NCBI GenBank assembly: GCA_035419245.1
Contig: DAOLSP010000001.1
Location: forward strand, 203,364-267,363
Origin: a bacterium
GTDB taxonomy: Bacteria > Zhuqueibacterota > Zhuqueibacteria > Residuimicrobiales > Residuimicrobiaceae
Length of the DNA stretch: 64,000 nt
Direction of reading: 5' to 3'
The position numbers and the translations under genes are program-made. Under the pieces are notes generated by a model. It searched no databases. It worked only from the letters and a program-made list of their open reading frames with translations, and was not told where the DNA came from. This document shows, one piece after another, positions 60,231 through 64,000 of the stretch (position 1 is its first letter; every line of letters starts with the position of its first letter).

Positions 60231-60662
60231 CTAATCGCTGAATTCCGCCTCGCCGGGCGAAGCCTCCCCTTTTTCCAGATACTGAATCCATTGGGCATTG
60301 ACCTGAACGGGGAAATAATTGCGCTCAGGGGCATGGTTCGGCATCGATTGCAACTCACCGATGACCATTACCGAGTTCCCCTTGCGCAGAAATTTATTGC
60401 ACTGCACCGCTTGCTGGGCCCAAACGACAATGCTGATATAGCAGGGCGGCCGTTCCAAGCCCTCGGGCAGATTGGGTTCGCTTTCTGGCGAGGTGACGAT
60501 GACAAAGTTGGTGACCGGCACGCCTCGTGTCGTCCAGCGCAGCGGCGGATCCTGAATCAGGCGGCCGGCGATAGCCACACGGTTGACGCTGGGGAAGGCA
60601 TACTCCTTGGAGTCCACAACTACGCCGGTTGAACGGGGGTGCACTTCCATTCCATTCTTCAT
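60231..60662 (-). CDS. Short single-stranded DNA-binding protein paralog
   Basis: VNRVAIAGRL..DP.LR.T..G.PV.NF, IVVW...A and LRKG..V.V.GEL; no long linker or DDDIPF tip. Confidence 0.85.
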   Translation of the reverse strand: MKNGMEVHPRSTGVVVDSKEYAFPSVNRVAIAGRLIQDPPLRWTTRGVPVTNFVIVTSPESEPNLPEGLERPPCYISIVVWAQQAVQCNKFLRKGNSVMVIGELQSMPNHAPERNYFPVQVNAQWIQYLEKGEASPGEAEFSD

Positions 60663-60675
60663 CAAGATAACCTCA

Positions 60676-61452
60676 CTAAAAAGTCAGTAGGGTCGCGGCG
60701 AACAGGTCCAGGGCACCATAAGCCGAGGGACTGACCCGGGACTTGTGCTGCCTCAGAAATTCCGCGATCTCCACCGCCTCTGCAGGCAGAGTCAAAAGCC
60801 GGGTATATTCGTAGCGGTCCTGTGCCTCTACTGCAGCCTGCAGCAGCCTGTCGCTGTGCAGCCGGCTGTGGGCGCGGAAGATCAGCTCGGGCTTGCGGGT
60901 CTGGCGCGCCAGCAGCAGTCCTATGCAGCGCAGAACGTAGTCCTCTGCAGCCAGGGCCAGCTCCTCGGCGAGCTCTCTCTCCATGCTGGCGAAGGGATCG
61001 GGCCGTCCGCTGCGCGCGGGCGCTTCAATATGGCCGCCGAAAACATCAAAACAGCCAGGATATTCTCCCACCAGCTCGCTTCGCTGCATCAGAATCAGCA
61101 GCCCGTCCGCGCTCAGCACCACCGCGCTGATGCCCAGGGCTTTTGCCAACGCCTCTTCCCCCCACTGTGCGACGATCTCCTCGACATGCCCGTTGGAATA
61201 GAGCAGAGTCTTGTAGTCGGTCGGGCGCAGCTGCAGTTCGAGCGTGCCCCGTTCCACCGCCCAAGCTTCTAGCCGCGCGATCCGGCCGTTGAAGTGTGGA
61301 TTGGGCTGGAGTCCCTTCCAGGCGGCATCGACAGCCCGTTGCAATTGTGGCGGCCGGGCTTCGGCCCCGTTTTTCCACGAAACCTGAACCTCAGGGGCGG
61401 AGAAATGACCGGTGACCAGGGGAATATACGGGAGATGGGCTTGTACACTCAA
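60676..61452 (-). CDS. Nudix-fold hydrolase (NUDT22-like)
   Basis: FNG...RL, TDYK, LGISAVVLSADG and FGGHIE...RELAEEL. The TTG start overlaps the ogt stop (TTGA), with GAGGGG 8 nt upstream. Confidence 0.75.
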   Translation of the reverse strand: MSVQAHLPYIPLVTGHFSAPEVQVSWKNGAEARPPQLQRAVDAAWKGLQPNPHFNGRIARLEAWAVERGTLELQLRPTDYKTLLYSNGHVEEIVAQWGEEALAKALGISAVVLSADGLLILMQRSELVGEYPGCFDVFGGHIEAPARSGRPDPFASMERELAEELALAAEDYVLRCIGLLLARQTRKPELIFRAHSRLHSDRLLQAAVEAQDRYEYTRLLTLPAEAVEIAEFLRQHKSRVSPSAYGALDLFAATLLTF

Positions 61453-61952
61453 AGTGCAATCCCCTCGAGATGCAACAGCGCCCGTTTCACCTCGAGCCCG
61501 CCGCTGTAGCCGCCGAGACGGCCATGGGCCGCCACGACTCGATGGCAAGGGATGATGATGGCCACTGGATTGGCACCGTTGGCGCCCCCGACCGCTCGCA
61601 TCGCCTGCGGTTTGCCCAGCCGGGCGGCCAATTCACCATAGGTACTGGTCTGGCCCCAGGGGATTCTTTGCAGCTCCTGCCAGACCGAGCGCTGAAAGGC
61701 GGTACCATAGGGAAGTTCGATTTTGACCCGCCACTCCACCCTCTCGCCGGCAAGGTAACGCCGTAGTTGTTCCTGCACCTCTGGCAGAAAACCGGGCGCC
61801 TTGCGCACGGTGCACTGCCCCCCGAAGGGAAGCAGCAACTCGGCTTCGCTCCGCCCGCGCATGAAACCGAGTCGGCTCAGCGCCCCCTCCGGTCCGGCAA
61901 TCAGGATATCCCCTGAAGCCCAGGGGATGATCGTATACAAGATCTCTTTCAT
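61449..61952 (-). CDS. ogt: Methylated-DNA-protein-cysteine methyltransferase
   Basis: GTAFQRSVW, IPWGQTSTYGELA, RAVGGANGANP and IIPCHRV (active Cys). Confidence 0.95.
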   Translation of the reverse strand: MKEILYTIIPWASGDILIAGPEGALSRLGFMRGRSEAELLLPFGGQCTVRKAPGFLPEVQEQLRRYLAGERVEWRVKIELPYGTAFQRSVWQELQRIPWGQTSTYGELAARLGKPQAMRAVGGANGANPVAIIIPCHRVVAAHGRLGGYSGGLEVKRALLHLEGIAL

Positions 61953-61958
61953 GGGCAA

Positions 61959-61987
61959 AACTTATCCATATTTATGCTTTTTGTCAA
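61959..61987 (-). promoter_or_regulatory. Sigma70 promoter placed for a leaderless ogt mRNA
   Basis: TTGACA (61987-61982), 17 nt, TAAGTT (61964-61959), then 6 nt to the ATG; no SD. Confidence 0.65.
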
Positions 61988-62015
61988 GTTAAATGTTGCC
62001 GGGTCTGCACATGGA

Positions 62016-62048
62016 AAAGGGTTGCCGGGCAAAACCCGGCAACCCTTT
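62016..62048 (-). terminator. Intrinsic terminator after the TonB-dependent receptor
   Basis: 14-bp stem aaagggttgccggg / cccggcaacccttt. Confidence 0.8.
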
Positions 62049-62085
62049 CTCGAAGATCCGGTGGGGCTAATAATTTTGGTTGAGC

Positions 62086-64000
62086 TCAGTTGAAATTATA
62101 GCGCAAACCGAACTGGACTCTGTAGACATCGCTGAGGGTCGCGTTGTAGTCAAAGGTGTGATCCATCAGCTTGCCACTGAAGCTGCGCAGCGTATAGGTC
62201 GCCTTGCCCTCGGAATCCGCAGCGCCGGTTTTCGGTACCACCAGCGGCGAGTTGGATACCATCTTTTTACTCACACCCCAGTTCTTGTTGATCATGTTGG
62301 TGAAATTGATGAAATCAACGCGGAACTGCAGGGTGTTGCGCTTGCCGAGGAAGTCGGTGAACAGGTCCTGGGAGATCGAGAGATCCGCACGATAGACCAT
62401 CGGTAACCGGACCGCATTGCGGCCGGCATACTCACCGCGGTGCTTGCTCAGATACTTGTCCTGCTTGATGTAGGCATCCCAGGCGTCCGCCTGCTGGGCC
62501 GCAGTGAAGGTGACACTGCCCGATTTGTATTCCTGGAAATTCATCTCGGACTTGTCTTTGTGGATGTAGATCAGATCATTGCCGGTGGCACCGTCGCCAT
62601 TCAAATCGCCGCTGAAAATGTAACTGGCGTTACCGACCGAGAACCCATCCAGAAAGAGGGCCACCGTCGTGGCACCCATCTTGAGATATTCGAAGCGGTA
62701 GGAAAGGGCGCCGATAATACGCGATCCGGCGGAGGTAGCGGAATAGGCGTTCACAGGATTGTTGGGATCCCAGTTGATCGCATTGCCCGTCCAGGAGCCG
62801 GAGGCGATGGAGCCCGGATCGACCGTGTTCTTGGCGATGCCGTAGCTGTAGGCCACCTTGCCATAGAAACCATTGCTGAAGGGTTTTTCAAGGGCGGCGA
62901 TGATGTTATAGGAATAGCCGACATTCTGGTTCTTCAGGACGATCGCATTCTCAACCACGTTGCCTTTGGTGTTGTTGATGCGGTTGCTGGTATAGCGCGG
63001 CCGGTTATCAGCGCCGTTGAAATTAGTCTGCGCTTTCGGCAGATTGGCGTTGATGTAGTAGATGCCGTTGACGTCGCGGCCATACAGGACTTCAGCTGTT
63101 CCAATTAGGCCCCAGGGCAGCTTCTGGTCCACACCGAGGTTGCTTCTCCAGATCTGCGGGAACTTGAAATTGGGATCGGTCAGAGCCAGCTCGTAGCTCG
63201 CGGCAGGCGCTCCGGTCACATTTGCGGGCTCGTAAGCGTGGGGATTGGGATTGAAAGGACGCGCTGTGGTATTGGTGAGTTTTTCAAAGCCGGTCAGCAT
63301 GCCGGTGTTGCCGATCTGGTTGGAGATCCAGACGTAGGCGGGTTTGCCGGTGAAGATACCGGTACCGCCACGGACCTGGGTCGATCGATCGCCCTTGACA
63401 TCCCAGTTGAAACCAAAACGCGGCGAAAAATGGATGTTGGCGTCTGGCAGCTTGTCGGTTTTGTACTGGACGACGTCGCCGTTCTCATCGAGGAAGTGGG
63501 TGGTGTCGGCATTGACGTTGTCAAAGCCGGTCTTCTCGAAGAAGGGCACATCCAGCCGCAGACCAGCAGTCAGGCGGATATTCTTGTTGATCTGCATCTC
63601 ATCCTGGCCGTAGATACCGGCATACCAGACTTTGAGAGGCTGGATCGGCTTCTTCATGCCGGGGATGTTGATCCAGCGCTTCTGGAAGGTCGCCAGCTTG
63701 ACCGGGGAGACGGTGCGATTGGGATTGGCAAGGTAATCGTTGGCATCGGTGTAGAAATCAGCCAGCGAATTGTAGACATAAATGCCCTGAGATCCCGGGA
63801 AGAAAACGTTTTCCGAATAGTAGCGCTCGAGGCTGGCGCCGAAGGTCCAGTTGTGCTTGGGACCATAGATTGTCCAGGTGTCCTGCAGCTGGAAGGTCTT
63901 GTAGCGCAGTTCATTGTTCGGCGTGAAGGGTTCGAAGCCGAAGGTGGTATAAACCGAACCGCCCTCGAGGATGTCGACCATCGGGAAGAGCTCGCCGCGC
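62086..64000 (-). CDS. TonB-dependent receptor (Oar-like), 3' part only
   Basis: YAGIYGQDE...LTAGLRLD, FSPRFGFNWD, GDLNGDG..GNDL.YI and a C-terminal QFGLRYNFN; the frame is open to the window edge. Confidence 0.9.
   Translation of the reverse strand, partial: RGELFPMVDILEGGSVYTTFGFEPFTPNNELRYKTFQLQDTWTIYGPKHNWTFGASLERYYSENVFFPGSQGIYVYNSLADFYTDANDYLANPNRTVSPVKLATFQKRWINIPGMKKPIQPLKVWYAGIYGQDEMQINKNIRLTAGLRLDVPFFEKTGFDNVNADTTHFLDENGDVVQYKTDKLPDANIHFSPRFGFNWDVKGDRSTQVRGGTGIFTGKPAYVWISNQIGNTGMLTGFEKLTNTTARPFNPNPHAYEPANVTGAPAASYELALTDPNFKFPQIWRSNLGVDQKLPWGLIGTAEVLYGRDVNGIYYINANLPKAQTNFNGADNRPRYTSNRINNTKGNVVENAIVLKNQNVGYSYNIIAALEKPFSNGFYGKVAYSYGIAKNTVDPGSIASGSWTGNAINWDPNNPVNAYSATSAGSRIIGALSYRFEYLKMGATTVALFLDGFSVGNASYIFSGDLNGDGATGNDLIYIHKDKSEMNFQEYKSGSVTFTAAQQADAWDAYIKQDKYLSKHRGEYAGRNAVRLPMVYRADLSISQDLFTDFLGKRNTLQFRVDFINFTNMINKNWGVSKKMVSNSPLVVPKTGAADSEGKATYTLRSFSGKLMDHTFDYNATLSDVYRVQFGLRYNFN

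Overview
A GC-rich chromosomal window from a diderm bacterium. It is probably an FCB-related lineage such as KSB1/Calditrichota-like, inferred from the 'QNYPNPFN' FlgD-Ig C-terminal domains, the Chlorobi-like tmRNA tag and the Bacteroidetes-like CCA enzyme and glutamine synthetase. It holds two loci for very large secreted surface proteins. The first is SH3/Ig protein -> cohesin lipoprotein -> a 2438-aa VWA/beta-propeller/cohesin/dockerin protein. The second is a 1511-aa Ig-repeat protein plus a 319-aa CTD protein. Also present: greA with a promoter-proximal leader terminator, a short-chain asparaginase and pepD, two MacAB-type ABC export clusters and one RND-TolC cluster, tmRNA followed by an orphan EutT-like adenosyltransferase, a full Rrf2-sufBCD-sufT-Rieske-sufS-sufU operon with a candidate operator, a PpiD/SurA-like chaperone, CCA-adding enzyme, STAS and pentapeptide proteins, polyprenyl synthase, a glutamine synthetase family protein, a B12 radical SAM, a LarA-family protein, Bcp, rarA, an LptD-like protein, a probably leaderless ogt-Nudix-ssb operon and the 3' part of a TonB-dependent receptor. 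I saw no CRISPR array, tRNA, rRNA, transposase or integrase. All family calls come from motif recognition by eye, not database searches. The most interesting items are the cohesin-dockerin surface module, the greA leader terminator, the A/B-alternating Ig-repeat protein, the Cys-less orphan EutT and two candidate structured 3'-UTR RNAs.
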